A program made the position numbers and the translations under genes. A stretch of DNA of 64,000 nt from Candidatus Poribacteria bacterium. GTDB taxonomy: Bacteria; Poribacteria; WGA-4E; JAJDTR01. Position 1 is the first letter of the stretch; every line of letters begins with the position of its first letter. The notes below the pieces were generated by a model. It worked only from the letters and a program-made list of their open reading frames with translations, ran no database searches and had not been told where the DNA came from. The DNA is taken from assembly GCA_965222225.1 (NCBI GenBank), contig CBDCTK010000002.1, positions 608,001-672,000 on the forward strand, read 5' to 3'. Shown piece after piece: positions 43,801 to 52,448 of this stretch.

Positions 43801-44848
43801 CCGCGAAGTCGTAGCTCTTCCAGTATGCGCCGTATCGAGACGCATGCCGCTCGACGACACGATTGTGGTTCGATACACCCGAATTATTGAATCCGGCCCG
43901 CCATACCCGGATGCCCGGCGCCGTGAGTATATTGTTGACCACGTCGACCTCGAGTCGCTCTTCCAACTCTCGGTCGGTTTCAGGTAAAGACAGAAGTGCA
44001 TTGTAGAGAGGAGGCGACGCAGCGGTCGCTACGAACCAGTCGATATTCACCGACGGTACAGCTGTTGTCAGCGTGGTTTGCAATTGTGACAGCTGATTCT
44101 TGAGCGCTCTTTGCGCCGGTGCGTTGAACTCCGCGTGGTACGGGTACGCCTCTTCGATCTGCGTCCAGCCGGCGTTGCGGTCCCACTCGTAGTGTCGCAG
44201 GTCAATGTAGAAGATGGTTTGCTGGGGGTCGATGGGCTGCGGGTTAACGATGTCGAGTCCCCATGACAGACTGTTGACCAGTTTTGCGAGTGCTTTGCGG
44301 TATTCGTCCAGAATATCAGCTGTCACGCCCGCATTGTAGAGGTGCGTCATCGTGAAGTAACGGGCGAAGGGTCGCTGAAATGGGGAGATTGTTTTGACGT
44401 GAGTATCGATAGACTTGAGAACGTCGCTGGGTGGAATGAAGCGACGGGTGGTGATGGGGGCTGCCGTCCAGTCTGGTGCGCCGGCTACTATCCAGCGTCG
44501 AATCGTGTCAATCGACTGAACGGGCAACTGGGGCTGTCCGAACGGCATCTGTGCGCCGTTTTCCGTGGGACCGAGTAGGCGCTTATATAACTCGGACGCA
44601 TTCGGATTTCCCGGAACAACCGTACCCCCTTCGATAAGCTCGCTGTGTTCCATGAGGAGCGTTTCTCGATAAGCGCCGTCGGCCCCGTGGCAGATGAGGC
44701 AACTCCCCTCAAAGATCGCATAGGCATCTTGGGCTATCTGCGATTGGGGGTGCACGTTTTGAGTACCTGCGATGAACAAAAAAAGACAGATAAGAGCGAT
44801 ATGAGGCCGAGTCCCAATCGAAGCGGCTATAAAATGATGTTGAGACAT
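40808..44848 (-). CDS. Secreted diheme cytochrome c-LRR-beta sandwich-cohesin-dockerin protein with T9SS-A/FlgD-like CTD, paralog A
   Basis: Signal peptide, CLICH and CIGCH, 22-aa internalin-like LRRs, LAGWQFD cohesin, two DxNxDGxxNIFDL, and YPNPFNPETWIPY. Confidence 0.9.
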   Translation of the reverse strand: MSQHHFIAASIGTRPHIALICLFLFIAGTQNVHPQSQIAQDAYAIFEGSCLICHGADGAYRETLLMEHSELIEGGTVVPGNPNASELYKRLLGPTENGAQMPFGQPQLPVQSIDTIRRWIVAGAPDWTAAPITTRRFIPPSDVLKSIDTHVKTISPFQRPFARYFTMTHLYNAGVTADILDEYRKALAKLVNSLSWGLDIVNPQPIDPQQTIFYIDLRHYEWDRNAGWTQIEEAYPYHAEFNAPAQRALKNQLSQLQTTLTTAVPSVNIDWFVATAASPPLYNALLSLPETDRELEERLEVDVVNNILTAPGIRVWRAGFNNSGVSNHNRVVERHASRYGAYWKSYDFAGSVGTRNIFTHPLAFTHDGGEVIFNLPNGLQGYYLVDGDGFRLDDAPISIVSNPAASDPTVRNGLSCIGCHTEGMKEINDEVRAYIESDRNPAYNKPHALQLYVADSTMDSKVNGDQVRYQRALAATGNTAGDVEPVSRFHEAFHSPLDLSQAAAAVGLEPAVFLSKIRENDGLQSAGLLVLDGGQIKRDTWTSGFDGIISALDFPTSIGDTPVVEQLDLIPGAPVDIPDSNLRAVIAETLGVKRIRADDMAKLTVLRANDKNISDLTGLEFARNLEELWIGDNPLRNLSPIAKCTNLKILGTHGTPILDFSPLTNLTKLEWLWLQVDSSAKDISALAGLTNLRELVFYGGDVVDISALANIRKLRRLTFKHNAVVDVSPIANMTNLDFLSLHNNQIVDISPLAGLTTLVHLKVGVNRIKDVSPLAGLTQLTYLDIGSNQIFDISPLASLTNLTSLQASSNNIADLSPIDHIIANLEEYSFKRNLPLIGEGGPKIEGPWVWAHFRGAELKDNRDILAEKSGGNVTENSVATAGAVEAQQVGRVTWALHKLPPRGERNIDKMFGSRVVNGVLYGVIDIYSPSEQQTQLFVGAAYTLKVWLNGSVVVESYGQDFWGLDYTDAFPITLREGRNVLMVAVGTSSGWWSNCFFGLEQDAKYSLVPPGVTYTFSESDIHVGDTFAATLTAENMVDLAGWQFDVSFDPRALEAVDVIEGEFLKSDGGNAFFQSGRIEKGTITGISGARFAVDGVSGTGTIATLRFKAIAEGNTTVTLNNALFGTADDGSITVTIDPIRISIEERRLPGDINSDGIINIFDLIKVAQQLGQSVAAGSPVDVNNDGVVNIFDLIAVASNMGGAAAPPAHGLDVATIHAWLSQARRVDDGSNDFHQAIANLEVLRASMIPQSTQLMPNYPNPFNPETWIPYQLAAPAEVTLTIFDMNGAAVRRLAIGHQAAGMYQSRNRAAYWDGRNGRGESVASGLYFYTLRAGEFTATRKMLIRK

Positions 44849-44978
44849 GGATTGTATCTCCTTATAAAAATCCAATTTCATGTCTGGACAAATGGGGCAC
44901 TTCGGGCCTCCTCTAAGTTGGTCTTTGAAGATTGTACACTGTCCAATCGGTACAGCCGTGATTGTTTTATACCATCAC

Positions 44979-45004
44979 GGGACGGCACGGGGACCGTTCC
45001 CTAC
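44979..45004 (-). repeat. REP-like GTAG palindrome
   Basis: Minus strand GTAGGGAACGGTCCCCGTGCCGTCCC. Confidence 0.6.
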
Positions 45005-45029
45005 AAGCATTGAACGCTATTGCTTTGTC

Positions 45030-48000
45030 TTACTTCCTTATCAGCATCTTGCGTGTTGCCGTGAACTCGCCTGCTCTCAGCGTGTAAAAATACAGACCAC
45101 TGGCGACGAATTCACCTCGTTGATTGCGACCGTCCCAATACAGCGCACGATTTCGGCTCTGATACATACCCGCCGCTTGATGCCCCACCTCCAAACGCCG
45201 GAGGGCGTGCCCGTTCATATCGTAAATCGTCAGCGTGACCTCCGCGGGTACAGCCAACTGATACGGTATCCAGGTTTCAGGGTTGAACGGATTCGGGTAG
45301 TTGGCGAGCAACGCCGTCTCTTGAGGAATAATCAACGAAGCCAACAGGTTTTGGAGATTCGCAATGCCCTGTCGAAAGACAATTGTGCCATCGTCGACAA
45401 GGCGAGCCTGTGCAATCCACGCCTCTATCGTCGCTGCATCTGCCCGTCCTGTGGCAATTGCAGGCGCGGCGGCGTCCGTGGTTTTACCTATTCCCTGCGC
45501 GACGAGGGTGAGATCGAAGATGTTGACAACCCCGTCGCCGTTAATATCCACCGGCGAATCGGAGGGTACGCTTTTGCCCAACTGCCGTGCGACGCGAATC
45601 AGATCCAGAATATTGACCACTCCGTCACGATTTACGTCTCCGGTCAGTAGTCGTTCCTCCACCGTGATGCGGATTTCAAGTGGACCGGCGGGGATACTTT
45701 CCTCGGTGACAGAGCCGAACAGGAAGTTCTGAAGTGTCAGGCCTGTTTCGCCTTCGGCTTTCGCTTTGAACCTCACCTGAAGCACGGAGCCGCTGCCGCT
45801 CACACCGTCTTCGCTGATCCGTCCCGCAATTAGTCCCGTGATTTTACCTGCTGCATTGTCAATGCGCCCACTCTGGAAGAAAGTCGATCCGCCGCCCGTC
45901 TTCAGGAAGTCGCCTTCGCTCACGTCAAGGGCTTCAAGGACGGTAGGGTCGTAGGCGACATCAAACTGCCATCCAGCGAGGTCCAAGACGTTCTCCGCAC
46001 GAATATCAAGGGTAAACGTATCCCCCGAATGGATTTTGGGGTGAGACAAGACGTAATCAACACCGGGCGGTGACAATGTATATTTAGTTCCGGGCTCAAA
46101 TCCAAAGAATCCGTTAGCATAATGGGAATCAGAACCAATGGCGACTAACAAAGTATTTTCCCCCTGCTGAAGGGTGACCGAGAAAGAATAACTGTAGTTG
46201 TCATTCCACCACTCACCATAACGTTCGCAAACTACAGATCCATTAAGCCAAACCCGCAAGCCCCGAACACTACTAACATACATTGTTGTGTCCTGTTCCA
46301 GCGGCGCATAAAGAGAGACAACGCCGTAAATGACTCCGGCAGGGAGACGACGCCCTAACATACCCTCAATATTATCAAACCCCGCAGGAGGAAGTTTATG
46401 GGATGTCCACACGTCGATTCCAATACGGCTTCCTTCTACTGCTCCTTGAGTGGCAACCCCGACTTCTGTTACCGCTCCGCCACTTGCTTCTGAGAGTAAA
46501 TCCACACCGCTACTCAGTTTTGCGTCTGGCAGGAAAGCCCATAACCACGGGCCCTCTATTTTAGGCCCTCCTTGATTTTCAAACGCCGGATTGCCATAGT
46601 ATTCAAACGGCTCTAAATTTCCACGCAGTAATTCATCCAAAGGTGAAATATCGGAAATATTGTTGCCACGTATGTCTAACTCTCTCAGATTAGTTAAATC
46701 CGCCAGTGGTGATACATCCTCAACGGCGTTCCAACCGAAACTTAGAAACTTCAATTTGGTTAGGTTTCTCAAGGGTGAAATGTCGACTAGGTTATCATTA
46801 GAGTGAAGATCTAACCATTCAAGATGAATTAAATTAGCAAGAGGCGAAATGTCTTCTATGTTCTGGTGTCTAAAACGAAGCTTTCTCAACTGTGTCAAGC
46901 CGGACACAGTTGAAATACCCTGTCCACCTGTAGGACCTCCATAAAATTGGAGTTCCCTTAAATTGGTCAAACGAGTTAAGAACGAAAGATCGTCACTTTT
47001 AAACTCTCGTACCTCCAGAATTTCTAATTTTGTTAAGTTTGCTAAAGGTGATAAATCTGTTTTAGGCGGATTGTGTCCCCACATGAATAAACGAACTAGA
47101 TTAACACACCCGGAAAGTGGAGAAAAATCGGATATTGGATTGCCTGAAATATTCAATTCTTCCAGATTTACCGCAAATTCCAATCCCGTTATGTCTGAAA
47201 TATTCCTTTCTTTTGCGTTAAGGGTGGTTAATGTTGCCATCGTCGAAGGTCTGATTGCTTTGGTTCCGAGCGCTTCTTCAAGCAAGGCTCGAAGGTTCGG
47301 ATCCGGGATATCAACAAGCCGACCCGGTATCACATCCGGCTGTGTTATAACCGGAGATTCTCCTACGAGTTGTGGGTAATCCAACGCATAAACCACATCT
47401 CGGAAACTGGATGTCCAGGTGTCCCGCTGCACACTCCCGTTCTCGCCCTCTAACGCCAGTAAGCCTACGTTCTGAAGTCCCGTGTTTTCACGTACCTTCT
47501 CCAAGAACGTATCGGTTTCTAAACCAACCACGGCAGCAGCATACGCCGCATCCACAGGTCCCTGGAACGCCTCATGGAAACGGGAAATCGGTTCAACACC
47601 GCCAACCGCACCGCCCGTGGCTTCAAGCGCTTCCCGATAGCGCTCCATGTCGACACCCACACGAGCGTCCATGTCTGACTTGTCGACGTAGAGTCGAAGC
47701 GCCTGCGCTTTGTTGTAAGGCGGATTGGAGTTACTCTCAATCACGGAACGTACTTGGTCTTCGAAGGTCTTCATCCCTTCCGTATGGCAACCGATACAAG
47801 AAAGCCCGTTGCGCACCGTCGGGTCACTCGCGGCGGGATTGGAAACGATGTTTATCGGCGCCTCGTCGAGACGGAAACTGGACGCATTGACAAGGTAGTA
47901 TCCCTGCAATCCGTTTGGAAGATTGAAGATTGCCTCACCGCCATCGTGGTTGAAATTAAGCGGGTGGGTAAAGATGTTCTGAGTCCCGACACTCCCGGCA

Positions 48001-49043
48001 AAGTCATAGCTTTTCCAGTACGCCCCATAGCGAGAGGTATGCCGTTCCACGACTCGGTTGTTAGTAGAGACACCCGAATTGTTGAACCCCGCCCGCCAAA
48101 CGCGAACCCCCGGTGCATTTGTGAGGTTACCAACCACGTCAACATCCAGTTGTTGCTCTAATTCCCCGTCCGTTAATGGCAGAGAAAGCAGTTCATGATA
48201 CAGAGGCGGGGTGGATGCTGTTGCAAGAAACCAATCGATATGAACGGATGGTATAACGCAGTTCATCTGTGTCTGTAACCGCCCCAGTTGTCCCCGCAGT
48301 CCACTCTGTGCCGGCGCGTCAAACGCGATGTGATAGGGATACGCTTCCTCTATCTTCGTCCAGCCGTCGATGCGATCCCACTCGTAGTGTCGCAAGTCGA
48401 TGTAGAAGATGGTTGCTTGCGGGTCGATGGGGCTTGGGTTGGTGACTGTAAGCCCCCATGACAGGCTGTTAACCAGTTTCGAGAGCGCTTTTCGGTACTC
48501 ACGAAGTATCTCCGCCGTTTCACCAGCATTATGGAGATGGGTAAGAGTGAAGTAGCGTGCAAACGCGCGGTCAAACGGTTCGAGTGTGTTGAGGTGCGTC
48601 TCAATAGTATTGAGTGTTTCACCGGGCGAGATAAATCGGCTATCGATTGTGCGGGTCACCGCCCAATCGGGTGCGCCGGTTAGTATCCAACGTCGAATGG
48701 TGTCAATCGACTGAGCGGGCAATTGGGGTTGATTAAACGGCATCTGTACGCCATTTTCCGTGTTTCCAAGCAGGCGCTTGTACAACTCGGACGCATTCGG
48801 ATTTCCCGGAATAACCGTACCCCCTTCGATAAGCTCGCTGTGTTCCATAAGGAGCGTCTCTCGATAAGCGCCGTCGGGTCCGTGGCAGATAAGACAACTC
48901 GCTTCAAAGATGGCGTGTGCGTCTCGGGCTACTTGTGGTTGAGCGGATAGGTTTTGAATACCCACGATGAACGACAGTAGACCGATGAGCGCAATGTAAT
49001 GCCCAGCGCCAACCAATGCAAATATGGAATAACGTTTGAACAT
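45030..49043 (-). CDS. Secreted diheme cytochrome c-LRR-cohesin-dockerin protein, paralog B
   Basis: Same architecture and motifs as paralog A. GGAG RBS before MFKRYS. Confidence 0.9.
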   Translation of the reverse strand: MFKRYSIFALVGAGHYIALIGLLSFIVGIQNLSAQPQVARDAHAIFEASCLICHGPDGAYRETLLMEHSELIEGGTVIPGNPNASELYKRLLGNTENGVQMPFNQPQLPAQSIDTIRRWILTGAPDWAVTRTIDSRFISPGETLNTIETHLNTLEPFDRAFARYFTLTHLHNAGETAEILREYRKALSKLVNSLSWGLTVTNPSPIDPQATIFYIDLRHYEWDRIDGWTKIEEAYPYHIAFDAPAQSGLRGQLGRLQTQMNCVIPSVHIDWFLATASTPPLYHELLSLPLTDGELEQQLDVDVVGNLTNAPGVRVWRAGFNNSGVSTNNRVVERHTSRYGAYWKSYDFAGSVGTQNIFTHPLNFNHDGGEAIFNLPNGLQGYYLVNASSFRLDEAPINIVSNPAASDPTVRNGLSCIGCHTEGMKTFEDQVRSVIESNSNPPYNKAQALRLYVDKSDMDARVGVDMERYREALEATGGAVGGVEPISRFHEAFQGPVDAAYAAAVVGLETDTFLEKVRENTGLQNVGLLALEGENGSVQRDTWTSSFRDVVYALDYPQLVGESPVITQPDVIPGRLVDIPDPNLRALLEEALGTKAIRPSTMATLTTLNAKERNISDITGLEFAVNLEELNISGNPISDFSPLSGCVNLVRLFMWGHNPPKTDLSPLANLTKLEILEVREFKSDDLSFLTRLTNLRELQFYGGPTGGQGISTVSGLTQLRKLRFRHQNIEDISPLANLIHLEWLDLHSNDNLVDISPLRNLTKLKFLSFGWNAVEDVSPLADLTNLRELDIRGNNISDISPLDELLRGNLEPFEYYGNPAFENQGGPKIEGPWLWAFLPDAKLSSGVDLLSEASGGAVTEVGVATQGAVEGSRIGIDVWTSHKLPPAGFDNIEGMLGRRLPAGVIYGVVSLYAPLEQDTTMYVSSVRGLRVWLNGSVVCERYGEWWNDNYSYSFSVTLQQGENTLLVAIGSDSHYANGFFGFEPGTKYTLSPPGVDYVLSHPKIHSGDTFTLDIRAENVLDLAGWQFDVAYDPTVLEALDVSEGDFLKTGGGSTFFQSGRIDNAAGKITGLIAGRISEDGVSGSGSVLQVRFKAKAEGETGLTLQNFLFGSVTEESIPAGPLEIRITVEERLLTGDVNRDGVVNILDLIRVARQLGKSVPSDSPVDINGDGVVNIFDLTLVAQGIGKTTDAAAPAIATGRADAATIEAWIAQARLVDDGTIVFRQGIANLQNLLASLIIPQETALLANYPNPFNPETWIPYQLAVPAEVTLTIYDMNGHALRRLEVGHQAAGMYQSRNRALYWDGRNQRGEFVASGLYFYTLRAGEFTATRKMLIRK

Positions 49044-49086
49044 GGAGTATCTCCTTACAAATACCAACTACCAATTTCGTGGCGAA

Positions 49087-49143
49087 GTAGGAGCGATCTC
49101 CGAATCGCGACCATAGTTTTCTGTAGGGTGGACACTGCCCACC
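49087..49143 (+). repeat. Two REP-like GTAG palindromes
   Basis: GTAGGAGCGATCTCCGAATCGCGAC and GTAGGGTGGACACTGCCCACC. Confidence 0.7.
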
Positions 49144-49233
49144 ATTCCCGCTTTTTCACCAATTATATTCCGTGTAGCTTGTCCAAGGTGTACACCGTAA
49201 CCAAGCGAACGATCAAACAAGCGAATAGAGAGC

Positions 49234-49281
49234 AGAATTTTCTATCGCCTTCACTATTCGTTCGGTTGATCGATAGAGATC
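49234..49281 (+). repeat. Interspersed repeat, copy 2
   Basis: Matches 40771-40806 and the reverse complement of 55868-55911. Confidence 0.75.
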
Positions 49282-51199
49282 TTCACCGAATCGTGACATC
49301 ATGACTCTACTTCTGTACCAGCATCTTGCGGGTTGCCGTGAACTCGCCCGCCCGCAACGTGTAAAAGTATAAACCACTGGCGACTGACTCGCCACGCCCA
49401 TTGCGACCGTCCCAATATGCCGCACGGTTTCGGCTCTGGTACATGCCCGCCGCTTGATGCCCTATCGCCAAACGCCGAACTACCGCCCCGTTCATGTCGT
49501 AAATCGTGAGCGTGACCTCTGCTGGTGCCGCCAACTGATACGGTATCCAGGTTTCAGGGTTGAACGGATTCGGGTAGTTGGCGAGCAACGCCGTCTCTTG
49601 AGGAATAATCAGCGAGGCCAACAGGTTTTGGAGATTCGCAATGCCCTGTCGAAAGACAATTGTGCCATCGTCGACAAGGCGAGCCTGTGCAATCCACGCC
49701 TCTATCGTCGCTGCATCTGCCCGTCCTGTGGCAATTGCAGGCGCGGCGGCGTCCGTGGTTTTACCTATTCCCTGCGCCACGAGGGTGAGATCGAAGATGT
49801 TGACAACCCCATCGCCGTTAATATCCACCGGCGAATCGGAGGGTACGCTTTTGCCCAACTGCCGTGCGACGCGAATCAGATCCAGAATATTGACCACTCC
49901 ATCACGATTTACGTCTCCGGTCAGTAGTCGTTCCTCCACCGTGATGCGGATTTCAAGCGGCCCGGCGGGGATACTTTCCTCGGTGTCAGAGCCGAACAGG
50001 AAGTTCTGAAGGGCTAATTCCGTTTCACCTTCGGATTTTGCCTTGAGCCTCACCTGAAGCAGGGAACCGGTGCCACTCACGCCGCCTTCGCTGATCCGTC
50101 CCGCAATTAGTCCCGTGATTTTACCTGCTGCATTGTCAATACTCCCGCTCTGGAAGAAGGTCGCTCCGCCGCCCGTCTTCAGGAAGTCGCCTTCGCTTAC
50201 TTCAATCGCTTCAAGGTCAGCCGGGTCGAAGGCAATATCAAACTGCCATCCCGCCAAGTCGGAGACGTTTTCTGCACGCACATCGAATTCAAACGTGTCG
50301 CCGATGTGAACTGGAGTTTCGGAAAAGGAGTAGCCGACGCCCGTTCCCACGGTGTATTCAGTGCCCGGTTTAAAGCCAAAAAAGGAGCTGTCCCGAGCTG
50401 CAAATGCGACTAATAGGACATTTTTGCCTTGCCGGAGAGTGACCGGTAGAAAATCCGTGTAATCATGTGTTGCATGGTAGCGAAGGGACTGGTAGATCAG
50501 ATCGCCATTGAGCCAAACCTTAAAACTGTGAGTGCTTCCAACATATATCGTCGTGTCTTGCTGTCGCGGCGAGTAAAGGGACACAGTACCATAGACGATG
50601 GCATCATCAATTCTCCTTCCAAGCAGGTCTTCAACGTTATGATTCCCCGTCACTGGAAGTTTACGAGAAGTCCACACGTCACCTCCGACCAATTGTCCTG
50701 CGGTTGCTCCGTTGGTAGAAATCTCATTTTCTTTCACCGCGCCGCCACTCATGTCCGCCAATAGATCTGTGCTCTTATCCAATGCTGTGTTCGGTAACAC
50801 GACCCAGAACCAGGGGCCTTCTATTTTCGGAGCTTCTATAGGGAACGCCGGATTGCCGTACCAATGGAGTGTTAGGGTTTCGCGTAGCTCATCCAAAGGT
50901 CGAATGTCAGTGATTTTATTGTTATAGACGCCCAGCCATTTCAAGTTGGTTAGGGCCACGAGCGGCGTCACGTCGGATATGTTGTTTCCTCCAACGTTCA
51001 GCCATCTTAAGTTGGTTAGCTTTGCAAGCGGTGCTACGTTCGATATGTTCTGGTTTCGTCCAGCGTTTAGCGTTTCCAAGCTAATTAGCCCGGCAAGCGG
51101 GGATATGTCCGATACTCTATTGGCGCTAAATGTTAGATCGGTTAACTGGGTTAATCTTGCAAGAGCCGATATATCCGATATTTGGTTATCATAGAATTT

Positions 51200-52448
51200 C
51201 GGAATTAGTAGCTTGTAGCTTTTAGACTGACGACAAACATAAAACTTGGTACCCTGTCGTAAATCTTTTCGTCACACGTAGATGTCCATAGTGACTATTC
51301 TTCTCGTAGGAGTTTGCTATGGACATTTTGAATCTTATGAAAGAGTTTCCAAATCAAGAATCTTGTCTCAGATTTATAGAGGAAAAACGTTGGAAGGACG
51401 GTGTTTGCTGTATCCACTGTGGCAGTGAAAAAGTTGGACGCAAGAACAAAAACGACATTACTACTGGTTGGAATTGCTACGATTGTGAATCTAGCTTTTC
51501 GGCTACAGCAGGAACCATCTTCCATGGTACCAAGATACCTCTCCAGAAATGGTTTTTGGCTATCTCAATTCTTTCCAATGCCAAGAAAAGCATATCGAGT
51601 TGTCAGCTTGCTCGTGACTTGGACATGAATCAAAAGTCCGCTTGGTATATGGCAATGCGCCTCCGTGAGAAAATGAGTGATAGTGATGAATTGCTGAAAG
51701 GGATAGTTGAAGCGGACGAAACCTATGTCGGCGGCAAACCCAGAGCAAAATCTAAGAGAGGTAGAGGCACAAATAAATCTCCCGTCATCGGCGTAGTCGA
51801 GAGAGGCGGTCGGGTGGTTGCTAAATTCATGAAGGTTCTATCTGGTGAAAATATCAGAGAATTCATCCTTAGCAATGTCTCACCCGATGAGTCTATTCTT
51901 ATGACTGATGAATTTCGCTCTTACAATAGTCTGGACGAAGATATCGAAAGACATGTTATCCATCACCAAGAGAGATATGTTTCTGAGGACGGCGTAACTC
52001 ACACCAACACCATCGAGTCGTTTTGGGCTTGTGTCAAGAGGTCATTCTACGGAACGCATCATCACTACAGCAAGAAGTGGCTGCCACTGTATATCATGGA
52101 GTCTTGCTGGAAATATAATCGCAGAAAAGATGATGAGATTTTCATAAGATTTTTTGATGAATGCTTCACCTGAGCCACATGAATTGTTTGGCTATCGGTA
52201 TATTCTGTCAACGACAACATCATGGTGTGCTGAAAATCCCATAGTGTTGGAAATTAAAATCCCGCAGATAACCCGCAATGCTCCCGCGAGCATGTACAAA
52301 CGCTTGGTCAACATGATATGCCTCCATTTCTCTCTTATAGAGATGTATTTTAGTGTGAATCAAGATTCCGAACACTGTCTAAAGTTATTGTACATTAAGA
52401 AGAGAAAAGCAAGCAAATCGACCAAAAAGCAGTTAACTACTAAGTCCC
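51200..52448 (+). mobile_element. IS1595-family insertion sequence, complete copy (1249 bp)
   Basis: Imperfect TIRs CGGAATTAGTAGCTT and TAACTACTAAGTCCC. 8-bp TSD TAGAATTT at 51192-51199 and 52449-52456. Confidence 0.95.
51319..52173 (+). CDS. IS1595-family transposase
   Basis: Zn ribbon CIHC...CYDC, GTIFHGTKIPLQKW, VEADETYVGG, MTDE and HTNTIESFW. Confidence 0.96.
   Translation: MDILNLMKEFPNQESCLRFIEEKRWKDGVCCIHCGSEKVGRKNKNDITTGWNCYDCESSFSATAGTIFHGTKIPLQKWFLAISILSNAKKSISSCQLARDLDMNQKSAWYMAMRLREKMSDSDELLKGIVEADETYVGGKPRAKSKRGRGTNKSPVIGVVERGGRVVAKFMKVLSGENIREFILSNVSPDESILMTDEFRSYNSLDEDIERHVIHHQERYVSEDGVTHTNTIESFWACVKRSFYGTHHHYSKKWLPLYIMESCWKYNRRKDDEIFIRFFDECFT

Noticed and set aside
45260-50010. 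Diversity-generating retroelement (near-identical 3' repeats in the paralogs)
   Set aside because: No reverse transcriptase in the window. Both copies are coding, and the differences are not confined to adenines of one template.
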